Assembly (NCBI GenBank): GCA_963804435.1
Contig: CAWDQI010000002.1
Span: 17,196 to 81,195, forward strand
Length of the DNA stretch: 64,000 nucleotides
Source of the DNA: an uncultured Actinomycetota bacterium
Lineage (GTDB): Bacteria > Actinomycetota > Actinomycetes > Streptosporangiales > Streptosporangiaceae
Direction: 5' to 3'
The number at the start of each line of letters is the position of its first letter. Within the stretch, counting starts at the first letter, position 1. Under the pieces are notes generated by a model. The model made no database searches, was not told where the DNA came from, and was given only the letters and a program-made list of their open reading frames with translations. The translations under genes were made by a program, and so were the position numbers. Of this stretch, positions 22,446 through 31,811 are shown piece by piece.

Positions 22446-23086
22446 CTATTGTCCTCTACCCAACTGGAAGAGAACGATCAACGCGCCCGCTGCCAGGTAG
22501 GGGCCATAGGCGATCGAGCCCTTGAGCGACCGGTCCAGATGATGACACCGACCGAGACGACCCCGGCGAGGAACACGCCGTAGAAGAGCGCCGAGATGGT
22601 GGGGAGCGGGCCTAGCAGCAGGCCCATGAACAGCGCCAGCTTGACGTCGCCAAACCCGAGCGCCTCAGCTTTGAAGATCGCCGACGCCGGCGAACGCGAG
22701 CAGCAGGAACAAAAGCCCGGCCGCCAACCCGGTCGCAATCCCTGCCCACCAGGGTTGATGAAAGAGGCTCACGACCAGCGCCAGCGCCATCGACGGGAAC
22801 ATCACCCGGTCGAGGATCAGGCGGTGCTCCATGTCGAAGAAGATCACCTGCACGAGCACCAGCACGAACACGCTGCGGAGAGCGAGTAGCTGAAGCGACA
22901 CCGGTTCGGTAGCGAACACGCCGAACAGGATCGCGCAGAGGATTGGCGGCCCAAAGACTTGCCACCGCTTGCAGCCTGGCTCCAGCCTTCGAGTCGCGCC
23001 AGGCGAACCGATCCCCAGCGCACGAGCCAGCCTGCCGCCGCGCCGACCACGGCCCAGAGCAGCGGGAACAACGAGACCCCGTTCAC
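22446..23086 (-). pseudogene. A24 family prepilin peptidase, about 2 frameshifts
   Basis: Three pieces (ORFs 22844..23086, 22665..23138, 22478..22738). FFDMEHRLILD and ALGFGDVKLALFMG carry the two catalytic Asp motifs. The GTG at 23086 overlaps the aroE stop. Confidence 0.7.
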
Positions 23087-23646
23087 GGCTGCAGAGTTTC
23101 GCGCATCGCGCCCACTGGCGCGGGCTCGACCGGTCCACGCCTCGAAGGAGCGGCCCCTTGCGCCAGCAGGATCTCCCAGCCGTCCGCGGTGCGCAACCCC
23201 AGCGAGCGCGCCTTGCGCACCAGCGGCGTGCCGCCCGCGACGTAGACGAGGTCGATCACGGCTCCGTCGCGCGGCAGCGCTGCGGGGCGGATCGGCATCT
23301 CGTCGCGCCGGCCGAGCGGCGTCGCGTTGAGGAGCAGGTCGGCCGTCCTGACAAGGCCGTGGAGCGATGCGTCGTCCCAGGCGATGACCCGGCCGGGAAG
23401 GTCGGTCTCATCTGGGTGCCTGGAGACGAACGTCACGTGGGCTCCCTCGAGCGCCACCGACGCGGCGCGAGCCGATCCACCGGCGCCGAAGACGACGACG
23501 TTCGCGCCTCGGGGCTCAACCCCCACGTTCGCGATGGCATCGCGAATCGCGGCGATGTCCGTGTTCGATCCGACGAGCCTGCCGCCATCGTTGACGATCG
23601 TGTTGACAGCGCGCGCCTTGACCGCCCCCGCGTCGAGCCCGTCCAC
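23083..23646 (-). pseudogene. aroE: shikimate dehydrogenase, 5'-truncated at the sequence junction
   Basis: ORF 23083..23763 from residue 40 onward: AVNTIVNDGGRLVGSNTD, VVVFGAGGSARA, LLLNATPLG. About 60-70 N-terminal residues are absent. Confidence 0.8.
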
Positions 23647-23763
23647 AAGCAGCGCGATCCGGATCTCGCGGCAGGTCGCGTCGATGTCGGCGGGCGAAAG
23701 CCGGCCGCGGCCGCGCAGCGATGAGAAGACCTGGGTAAGCCGGTCTGAGAGGGTCTCGAACAC
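23647..23763 (-). pseudogene. ffh: signal recognition particle protein Ffh, first 39 codons only
   Basis: GTG at 23763. MFETLSDRLTQVFSSLRGRGRLSPADIDATCREIRIALL is the canonical Ffh N-terminus. It then switches abruptly into AroE sequence. Confidence 0.75.
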
Positions 23764-24081
23764 GTGTGGCTGCCATCCTTGCTGCGAGCTGACGTCCGGT
23801 TGGTTCGCTGACGCCGCCCTGCCAGCGCTTCCAGGATACGGGCTTCCAGGTTATCGGAGCCGGGACAGCCGGGCGGCTGGCAGTTGGCCGCCCGCCCCTT
23901 GACGCGCTGGCTTGACAGGCGCCAGGGAAACAGAGAAGCCAATGTGGCCATCGTGAAATGCGTATTAACAGCATGCGCGCAGCGCAAATAAAGCGGCGCA
24001 CAATTGCTCTTGTTCGGCCAACCCGCGGCACGTAGCGTGGTTGAACGTCGGGCAATTGCTTTATAGGCGGTGGAGGTCACC

Positions 24082-25362
24082 GTGCGCGCGAGCCAAGAGC
24101 GCTCTCTCTTAGACTCACGCTGGCGGCTAGCCCAGCGCTCCCGGCCTGTTAGCCGTACCGCGCCTAGGGCAGCTTCGCCGCCCGCCATCATGTGCGATGC
24201 AGCCAAGACGGCGGGCCCACCGCCAGCGCCTCCCGATGGCAGTCTCGCGTCAGGAGGCTCCAGGAACCAGCTGGCCGCCCACGACGACTTGCTGGCCAGT
24301 GCTGCGCAGTTCATCACGCAGTACCACGCCGAGAATATGGATGCTGGCCCGCCGTGCGACCGCCTCATGGAGGTCCGTCGCGAGATCGAAACAACTGGTA
24401 CGTACCAGCACACTCCGGCAGAACTGACATTTGCGGCTCGGGTCGCCTGGCGTAACAGCTCTCGCTGTATCGGTCGCCTGTACTGGCGAAGCCTGCGGGT
24501 GCGAGACCGCCGTCATCTCAGCTCAGCGCAGGACGTGGCGGCCGAGTGCGTCGGGCATCTTCGTGCAGCCACCAATGGCGGCCGGATCAGGCCCCTCATT
24601 ACCGTTTTCGCGCCGGATACCCCGGGCCAGCGGGGTCCGCGGATCCTCAGCTCGCAGCTTGTCCGGTACGCAGGCCACGACCTGGGGAACGGCGCCGTCC
24701 TGGGTGACCCGGCCAACGCCGGCCTCACCCGGATCGCCGGCGAACTTGGCTGGGGTCCCGGCAGCCAGCCTGGCCCGTTCGACCTCCTCCCGCTGGTGAT
24801 CCAGGAGGCAGGCAAGGCGCCGAGCATGCACGAGCTTCCCGCCGACGCAGTGCTGGAGGTGCGGCTGCGCCACCCTGACCTTAACTGGTTCAGCCAGCTG
24901 GGGCTGCGCTGGTATGCCGTGCCCGTCATCAGTGACATGCGTCTGGACGCGGGCGGCATCCGCTACCCGGCCGCGCCGTTTAACGGCTGGTACATGTGTA
25001 CCGAGATCGGCTCGCGTGACCTGGGCGACACCCACCGGTACAACCAACTCCCGGTCATCGCCGCCCGGATGGACTTGCGCACCGACACCGAGCGGTCGCT
25101 CTGGAAGGACAAGGCGATGACCGAGCTGAATCTCGCCGTCTTACATTCGTTCGGCGAGTCAGGCGTGACGATCACCGACCATCACACCGAGTCGGCCCGG
25201 TTCCTGAAGCACATTGAGCTTGAGGAGCGGCAGGGCCGGCCGTGCCCGGCGGACTGGACCTGGATCGTCCCGCCCGCAGCGTCGTCCACCACCCCGGTCT
25301 TCCATCGCTACTACTCCGATTTCGACCAGGTCCCCAACTTCTACCGCCACCCGGCAGGCTAG
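24082..25362 (+). CDS. nos: bacterial nitric oxide synthase oxygenase (bNOS) with N-terminal extension of about 65 aa
   Basis: ORF 24070..25362. WRNSSRCIGRLYW (heme Cys loop), YAGHD, WYAVPVIS, FNGWYMCTEIG, ITDHHT. GGAGG sits 5 nt before the GTG at 24082. An alternative ATG is at 24190. Confidence 0.85.
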   Translation: MRASQERSLLDSRWRLAQRSRPVSRTAPRAASPPAIMCDAAKTAGPPPAPPDGSLASGGSRNQLAAHDDLLASAAQFITQYHAENMDAGPPCDRLMEVRREIETTGTYQHTPAELTFAARVAWRNSSRCIGRLYWRSLRVRDRRHLSSAQDVAAECVGHLRAATNGGRIRPLITVFAPDTPGQRGPRILSSQLVRYAGHDLGNGAVLGDPANAGLTRIAGELGWGPGSQPGPFDLLPLVIQEAGKAPSMHELPADAVLEVRLRHPDLNWFSQLGLRWYAVPVISDMRLDAGGIRYPAAPFNGWYMCTEIGSRDLGDTHRYNQLPVIAARMDLRTDTERSLWKDKAMTELNLAVLHSFGESGVTITDHHTESARFLKHIELEERQGRPCPADWTWIVPPAASSTTPVFHRYYSDFDQVPNFYRHPAG

Positions 25363-25607
25363 CGCCGGGAGCGCCAGCGGGTGCCTCGGATTGGCGCGGC
25401 ATTACCAGTTACCGTTCCTTGTCTGCTGGCGCTAGCCAGATTATGCCGCGCAATGGGTGTATCGTTCACATGGCTATGGCCATTGCGCTGGGACACCCAT
25501 ATGGCTTCACTCAGGCAATACGCGGAATGCAAGCCGCCGTGGCTCATATCGACGTGACTGGAGCCTGTGACTCAGATCACCGCGGCCGCCAAGTTGCCGC
25601 GGGCCAG

Positions 25608-26912
25608 TCAGTCGCCGAGGATCGCGTCCACGAACACGGCCGGATCGAAGAACGCCAGGTCGTCGCGGCCTTCGCCGAGTCCCACGAGCTTGACGGGCAC
25701 GCCGAGCTCTCGCTGCACCGCGATGACGATGCCGCCCTTGGCCGTTCCGTCGAGTTTCGTCAGAATAATGCCCGTTATATCTACTACTTCGGCAAATACC
25801 CGAGCCTGTCGCAGGCCATTCTGGCCAGTGGTCGCGTCGAGCACCAGCAGGACCTCGTCGACGCTGCCGTGCTTCTCGATCACCCGCTTGATCTTGCCGA
25901 GCTCGTCCATCAGCCCGGTTTTGGTATGCAGGCGCCCCGCCGTGTCCACGATGACCGTGTCGACGCCCTGCTGGATGCCGACGTTGACCGCTTCGAAGGC
26001 GACGCTGGCCGGATCCGCGCCGTCCCGGTCCGACCGGACAACCTGCGCGCCCACACGCTCGGCCCAGGTCTGCAGCTGATCGGCGGCCGCGGCGCGGAAG
26101 GTATCGGCAGCGCCGAGCACGACCGTCTTGCCGTCACCGACTAGCACTCGGGCCAGCTTGCCGCAGGTCGTTGTCTTGCCCGTGCCGTTAACGCCGACCA
26201 CCAGGACCACTGACGGGCGATCGCCGTGCCTGTCCAGCCGCAGCGACCGGTCCATGTCCGGCCCGAGCATCTCGATCAGGTCGGCCTGCAGCAGGTTCCT
26301 GACCTCGCCCACGTCGGCTGCCCCGGCCACCTTGACCTCAGTCCGCAGCCGCTGGACAAGCTCGCGCGCCGGGCCGACCCCCATGTCCGCGCTGATGAGC
26401 GTGTCCTCGATGTCCTCCCAGGCCTGATCGTCGAGCTTGCCGGAGGACAGCAGGTTGAGCAGCACAGAGCCGATGGCCGAATGCGACCGGGCCAGGCGGC
26501 CGCGCAGCCGGGCCAGCCGTCCGGCTGACGGCGGCGGCTTCTCGATGACGACTTCGGGGACGCCGAGATCGGGCGGCGCGGCAGGCGGACCCACAGTAGG
26601 CCCAGGCGCCCCGGTTCCGGGCGGGGCCGTCCCCGGCACCCGAGTCCCCGGCACCCCGGTTTCAGGCGGAGCAGTCCCCGACACCCCAGTCCCCGACACC
26701 CCGGTTTCAGGCGGAGCAGTCCCCGGCCCGGCTGGCCGCGGCGGCGCAAGCGTGCCGGTCCCGGCCTGACCGCCGATCTGCGTCGTCCCGGCATCGCCCC
26801 GTTCCGGGCTGGGCAGCGCCCGGCGGCGAGACCGCAGATACGGAACGAACCCTGCTGTACCGGCGCCGACGACGACAACGACGATGGCCGCGATAATCAG
26901 ATCTTCTCCCAT
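25608..26912 (-). CDS. ftsY: signal recognition particle receptor FtsY
   Basis: VVGVNGTGKTTTCGKLA, DTAGRLH, TKLDGTAKGG. N-terminal TM segment plus a Pro/Gly-rich linker. Confidence 0.9.
   Translation of the reverse strand: MGEDLIIAAIVVVVVGAGTAGFVPYLRSRRRALPSPERGDAGTTQIGGQAGTGTLAPPRPAGPGTAPPETGVSGTGVSGTAPPETGVPGTRVPGTAPPGTGAPGPTVGPPAAPPDLGVPEVVIEKPPPSAGRLARLRGRLARSHSAIGSVLLNLLSSGKLDDQAWEDIEDTLISADMGVGPARELVQRLRTEVKVAGAADVGEVRNLLQADLIEMLGPDMDRSLRLDRHGDRPSVVLVVGVNGTGKTTTCGKLARVLVGDGKTVVLGAADTFRAAAADQLQTWAERVGAQVVRSDRDGADPASVAFEAVNVGIQQGVDTVIVDTAGRLHTKTGLMDELGKIKRVIEKHGSVDEVLLVLDATTGQNGLRQARVFAEVVDITGIILTKLDGTAKGGIVIAVQRELGVPVKLVGLGEGRDDLAFFDPAVFVDAILGD
26652..26725. repeat. 45-bp in-frame tandem duplication inside the ftsY linker
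   Basis: The 29-mer caccccggtttcaggcggagcagtccccg occurs at 26652 and at 26697, encoding the duplicated PPETGV.GT.V.GTA peptide. Confidence 0.8.
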
Positions 26913-26994
26913 GGCGCAACCAGTCTGGCAGACTGCGCCCCGCGAACCGAAAGGCCGGCTGGCCGCCAGCCGGCCCGGCCCGGCCCGGCCAGCG

Positions 26995-29900
26995 CTAGAC
27001 GGTCTCGCGCTCGCGGAGCCGCTGGCTAATCACCGTAGATACGCCATCGCCGCGCATGCTGATCCCGTACAGCGTGTCCGCGACTTCCATCGTCCGCTTC
27101 TGGTGCGTCACGATGATCAGTTGGGAGACGTCCCTGAGCTCGGCCAGGATTTCCAGCAGCCGCTGCAGGTTGGTGTCATCCAGCGCCGCTTCTACCTCGT
27201 CCAGCACGTAGAACGGGGATGGCCGGGCCCGGAAGATTGCCACCAGGAAGGCGATGGCGGTCAGCGCTCGTTCCCCGCCCGACAACAGCGAGAGCCGCTT
27301 TACTCTCTTGCCCGGCGGCCGAGCTTCCACGTCGATGCCGGTGGCAAGCAGGTCGTCGGGGTCGGTCAGCACCAGCCTGCCCTCGCCGCCGGGAAACAGC
27401 CTGCCGATGATGTACTCGAACTCCCGCGCGACATCAGCGTAGGCAGCGCCAAAGACCTGCTGGACCCGGTCGTCCACCTCCCTGATCACGGTCAGCAAGT
27501 CCCGGCGTGTCTTCTTCAGGTCCTCGAGCTGGGCGATCAGGAATGCGTGTCGCTCCTCGAGCGCAGCGAACTCCTCCAGCGCCAGCGGATTCACCTTGCC
27601 GAGCTGATCGAGCTGCCGCTGCGCGTGCTGGGCTCGGCGCTGCGCGGCATCCCGGTCGTATGCGACCGTCAGCCGCCCGTCTGCATGGATCGGCACCTCC
27701 GGGCCGTACTCGGCCAGCAGCACGCCGGGCTCGGTGGCGAACTCCTCCAGCGCCCGCCCGGCGATCTGCTCCAGCTGCATCTGCTTGGTGGCGCGCGCGA
27801 TCTGAGCGCCGTGCGCGCCCTCGACGACCTTCTCCAGTTCCTCGGCCGCGTCCCGGATCCGGGCCCGGACTGCCTTCAGCTCGACGTCGCGGACCTTGTG
27901 CGCGTCCTCGGCGTGCTGGCGGTCGGCATCGGCCGCAGCAATCGACAACTCGATCCGGGCGAGCACGAGCCGTGCTCCCTCCGCAACCGCGCTGGCGACG
28001 AGCGCGCCGGACGCCCGGCGCTCTGCCCTGGCCGCCGCCCTGGCTGCCGCCTGCCGCTCGGCCAGAGCCGCCGACACGAGCGCTTCGGCGCGACCTGAAA
28101 TTGCCCGCTGTCGTTCTTCCACGGTGCGGACCTCTAGCCTGGCCTCCATCTCGGCGCTCCGTGCGGCTACCGCCTCGTCAGCCAGCTGCTGCCGCACGGC
28201 GGGACCACCGGCCGTGGGTTCAGCCATCTGACCCTGCTCAGCCTCCTGACGCTGCTGTGCCTCCTGCTCTGCCAGCCTGGCCCGCGCCTCAGCCAGCTGG
28301 GCCAGGCTCTGCTGGCGGGAACGCTCAGCGGCCGCGATCGCGGCCGCAAGGCGGCTCGTCTCGTCCCTGGCAGCACGGGCCTGGCCGGCCAGCGAGCCCA
28401 GCTTGCCGGATGTCTCCGCCGCCGCGGCATCGGCTTGCTGCAGCCCGGCTGCGATCTCAGCCAGTTGCTGCCTCGCCTGCTCCTCGTCTTCCAGCCCGGC
28501 GGCGAGCTGCCGCTCTGCCCGCTGACACCGGCTGTCGGCCTCACCGACCTGGGATTCAGCCTCGCTGGCCGCCGCCCGCAGGCTCAGCAGGCTCTGCTGT
28601 GCGGCCGACCCGCCGCGGGCCCAGTGGGCACCGAGCACGTCGCCGTCCGTAGTCACGGCCCGTAGCCGCGGATCGGCGCGCACCACCCGCAGCCCGTCGG
28701 CCAGGCTGCTGACCACCACCACGTTGCCGAGCAGCTCCGCCAGCGCGCCTGCAAGTTCAGCCGGCCCGGTCACGAGGTCAAGGGCGTGGGTAACGGGGCC
28801 AGTTCCGGTCTCGGCCGTCAGCACGCCGATGTCCTCGGGCAGGCGCCGCGGCGCCGGCTCCGGATCTGCCGCGATCACAAGGCCCGCGCGGCCAGCGGCC
28901 CGCGACTTTAGCTCGGCGATGATGGCTATCGCTGCGTCCGGACTGGCCACGGCCACCGACCCGGCCGCGGCGCCCAGGGCAGCGGCGATAGCCTCCTGGG
29001 CCCCGTCACTCACCGTCAGCAGATCGGCAAGCGGCCCGAGCACGCCCGTGATGGACCCGGCCAGCAGCATGCCGGAAGGGTCGGCGCCGCTCGCGGCGGC
29101 CTCGCTGAGCGCCTCGGCCCTGGCCCGCAGGGCCGCGCGCTGGTCGCTGGCCTGATGCTCAGTCTTGCGCAGCCCCGCCACCCGGGCAGAAGCCGCCGCC
29201 AGCGCCGCAGCGGCGTGCTCGTGCGCGGCCGCGAGATCGGCCCGGCCGTCTTCCCGCCCGGACACCAGGTCTTGCAGTGCCGCGTACTCGACTTGCGCTT
29301 GCTCTGCCCTGGCCCGGGCCTGCGCTTGCGCTTCGGCCAGCCGGCCCGCCTCCTCCTGCGCAGCTCCCGAGCGGCTCGCCGCCGCCTCAACCTGACTGCG
29401 GATCCGGGCCAGCGATTCGGCTCGCTGGGCCGCTGCCTTGGCATCGGCAGCCAGCCGCTTCTCGTTCTCGGCGAGCGCGGCCTCGGCTCTGGTCCGGCCG
29501 GCGTACCGAAGCCGTCAGCTGCTGCCGGGCTCCGGCGAGCCGGTCGGCCAGCTGCCGTTCCTGCGCGCGCAGCTCGGCTGCCTCCTGCTCGAGCTCCTCC
29601 GGGTCGCGCCCGGTCCGCTGCGGCTCGGGCGCGGACAGGTGACGGTGCCGCTCGGCCGCCAGGCCGTGCACCCCGCGTAGCCGTTCCGCTAGCCCGGAAA
29701 GGGCGAAGAACGCCTCCTGCGCAGCCGCCAGCCGCGGCGCATGCTGCTGTTCGGCCAGTTCCAGCTCGGACTCGACCTCTCTGGCCTGCGCGAGCCCCGC
29801 TTCCAGGGCCGCCCGGGCTTGGGCTGTCGCGGCCTCGTCGGTCTCGTCCTGCGCCAGTTCGTCGGCAAGGATGGCGTAATCGTCGGCCAGCAGCCGGAGC

Positions 29901-30577
29901 TTCGCGTCGCGCAGGTCGGCCTGGATCGCCGCCGCCTTGCGCGCGATCTCCGCCTGGCGGCCGAGCGGCTTCAGCCGCCGGCCGAGCTCGCCAGTGAGGT
30001 CCACGAGCCTGGTCAGGTTGGCCTGCATCGCGTCGAGCTTGCGGACCGCCTTCTCCTTGCGGCGACGGTGCTTAAGCACGCCAGCCGCTTCCTCGATCAG
30101 CGCCCGGCGCGCTTCCGGCCCGGCGTTCAGCACCTCGTCGAGTTGCCCCTGACCCACGATGACGTGCATCTCGCGGCCAAGACCGGTATCCGACAGCAGC
30201 TCGGCGATGTCCAGCAGCCGGCACTGGTCGCCGTTGATCGCGTACTCGCTCTGCCCGGACCTGAACAGCAGGCGGCTGATGGTGACCTCCGAGTAATCAA
30301 TCGGCAGGGCGCCATCGCTGTTGTCGATCGTGAGGGTGACCTCGGCCCGGCCCAGCGCAGGGCGGCCAGACGTGCCGGCGAAGACGACGTCCTCCATCTT
30401 GCCGCCGCGCAATGGCTTGACGCCCTGCTCGCCCATCACCCAGGAGAACGCGTCCACGACGTTGGACTTGCCCGAGCCGTTCGGGCCGACGACGCAGGTA
30501 ATGCCCGGCTCGAATCTCAGCGTGGTCGCAGAGGCGAACGACTTGAACCCGCGCAGGGTAAGGGTCTTGAGGTACAC
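26995..30577 (-). pseudogene. smc: chromosome partition protein Smc, single frameshift near 29,500-29,520
   Basis: ORF 29387..30577 ([21 protein letters not shown]) and ORF 26995..29265 (LSGGERALTAIAF...YVLDEVEAALD). The C-terminal frame stays open upstream to about 29,515 ([24 protein letters not shown]). Confidence 0.9.
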
Positions 30578-30747
30578 CCGCCGTATTCCTCCCTGGCCTG
30601 CCGTTCCTCCGCACCTTACCGCGACGAGCCGCTAACCCCGCGCATTCGGTGGCGCGCCGGACGGCCATACCAGGAAGATGCGGACGATACGCTCCAGCCG
30701 GGTCATGGCGAGCAGAACGGCGCGTCATGGCGCGGGCCTGGAGGTCT

Positions 30748-31627
30748 GGTGCTTTCTCGGCGCAGCGTGCTGCTCGGCGGTATCGGCGTTGCGGCCGCGG
30801 CCTGCGCGGGCGGTTACGAGCTCGTGCAGGCCGGAACGCTGCCGGGCAAGTACGCGCTCGACCGGCTGCTGGGGGCCTGTGGGTCGGCCCCGCCGCCGCC
30901 TGCCGGCCCGCTGCCGTCTCTGCACTCGGTCAGCTTCCACTCCGTTTACCGGCACCAGAACGTGCAGATGACCATGGTCACCCCGGTGGGCGTCCGGCCG
31001 GACGGGCTAAGCGTGGTCGTCGCGCTGCACGGCTCCGGAAGTAACGCAGCCAGCATGGCCGCGCAGGTCAGGCCGGCACTGGCCCGAAGCCGGGTCAGGC
31101 ATTTCGCGGTCATCTGCGTTGACGGCGGCGAGACCTACTGGCATAAGCAGGCGGACGGCGACGATCCGGCCGGCATGATCGTGCACGAAGTGCTGCCGCG
31201 GGCCGCGGCTGCCGGGCTGCGGACTAATCGGCTCGGCATTACCGGGCAGTCGATGGGCGGCTATGGCGCGCTGCTGCTCGGCGAGCAGCTCAGCCGGCCC
31301 GTGGCCGCTGTCGCCGCGCTGTCCCCGGCCATTTACGCGAGCTACGGCGACGCGCGGGCCGCCAACGCGCGCGCATTCGACAGCGCCGCGGACTTTGCCC
31401 GTAACGACGTCTTTACTGGAATCGCCGCATTGCGCACTGTGCCGACCTGGGTAGCCTGCGGCACCGACGATCCGTTCGCGCCGGAGGTGGCAACGTTCCG
31501 CGCGGAACTAGCGGCGAAAAAGGCCCGCCAAGTGCCCGGAGGTTTGCTGCCCGGCTGTCATGACGACGCTTTCTGGCTCAGCAACATGCCAGCCGCCCTT
31601 CAGTTCATCGGCGCGCACCTGAGCTGA
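30748..31627 (+). CDS. secreted or lipoprotein esterase (putative esterase/esterase D fold)
   Basis: 3' part of ORF 29741..31627. GTG at 30748 gives MLSRRSVLLGGIGVAAAACAG (twin-Arg/lipobox-like signal). ALHGSGS and GQSMGGYGAL (GxSxG). Confidence 0.7.
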
Positions 31628-31811
31628 CCAGGCGACGGCCTGCAGCGAGGGCGACGGACTACGGCCCATGGGGGGCCTTGTTCCCGTGTCTTCCGATTTC
31701 CTTATCGCAGTCCTATAGTGAGCGCGCGCGACGGTAGCCGCCCGGGCGGCAAACGCGTCTCTTCAATTGAAGCCGACAACGGCGCCAGGCTGACCGGAGG
31801 GACTGTTTCGA

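Noticed and set aside
23083-23763. Possible genuine bifunctional Ffh-AroE fusion protein
   Set aside because: Only 39 residues of Ffh are present, with no NG or M domain. AroE lacks its own N-terminal substrate-binding part. The switch coincides with a change in sequence quality and gene context. A chimeric join is far more plausible.
25359-25547. 62-aa minus-strand ORF between nos and ftsY
   Set aside because: It has no SD, no motif and a poor composition. It is likely non-coding spacer.
31628-31811. GlnR box upstream of amt
   Set aside because: I looked for gTnAc-n6-GaAAc-type repeats. Only a weak GTTTC near the SD was seen, with no paired site.
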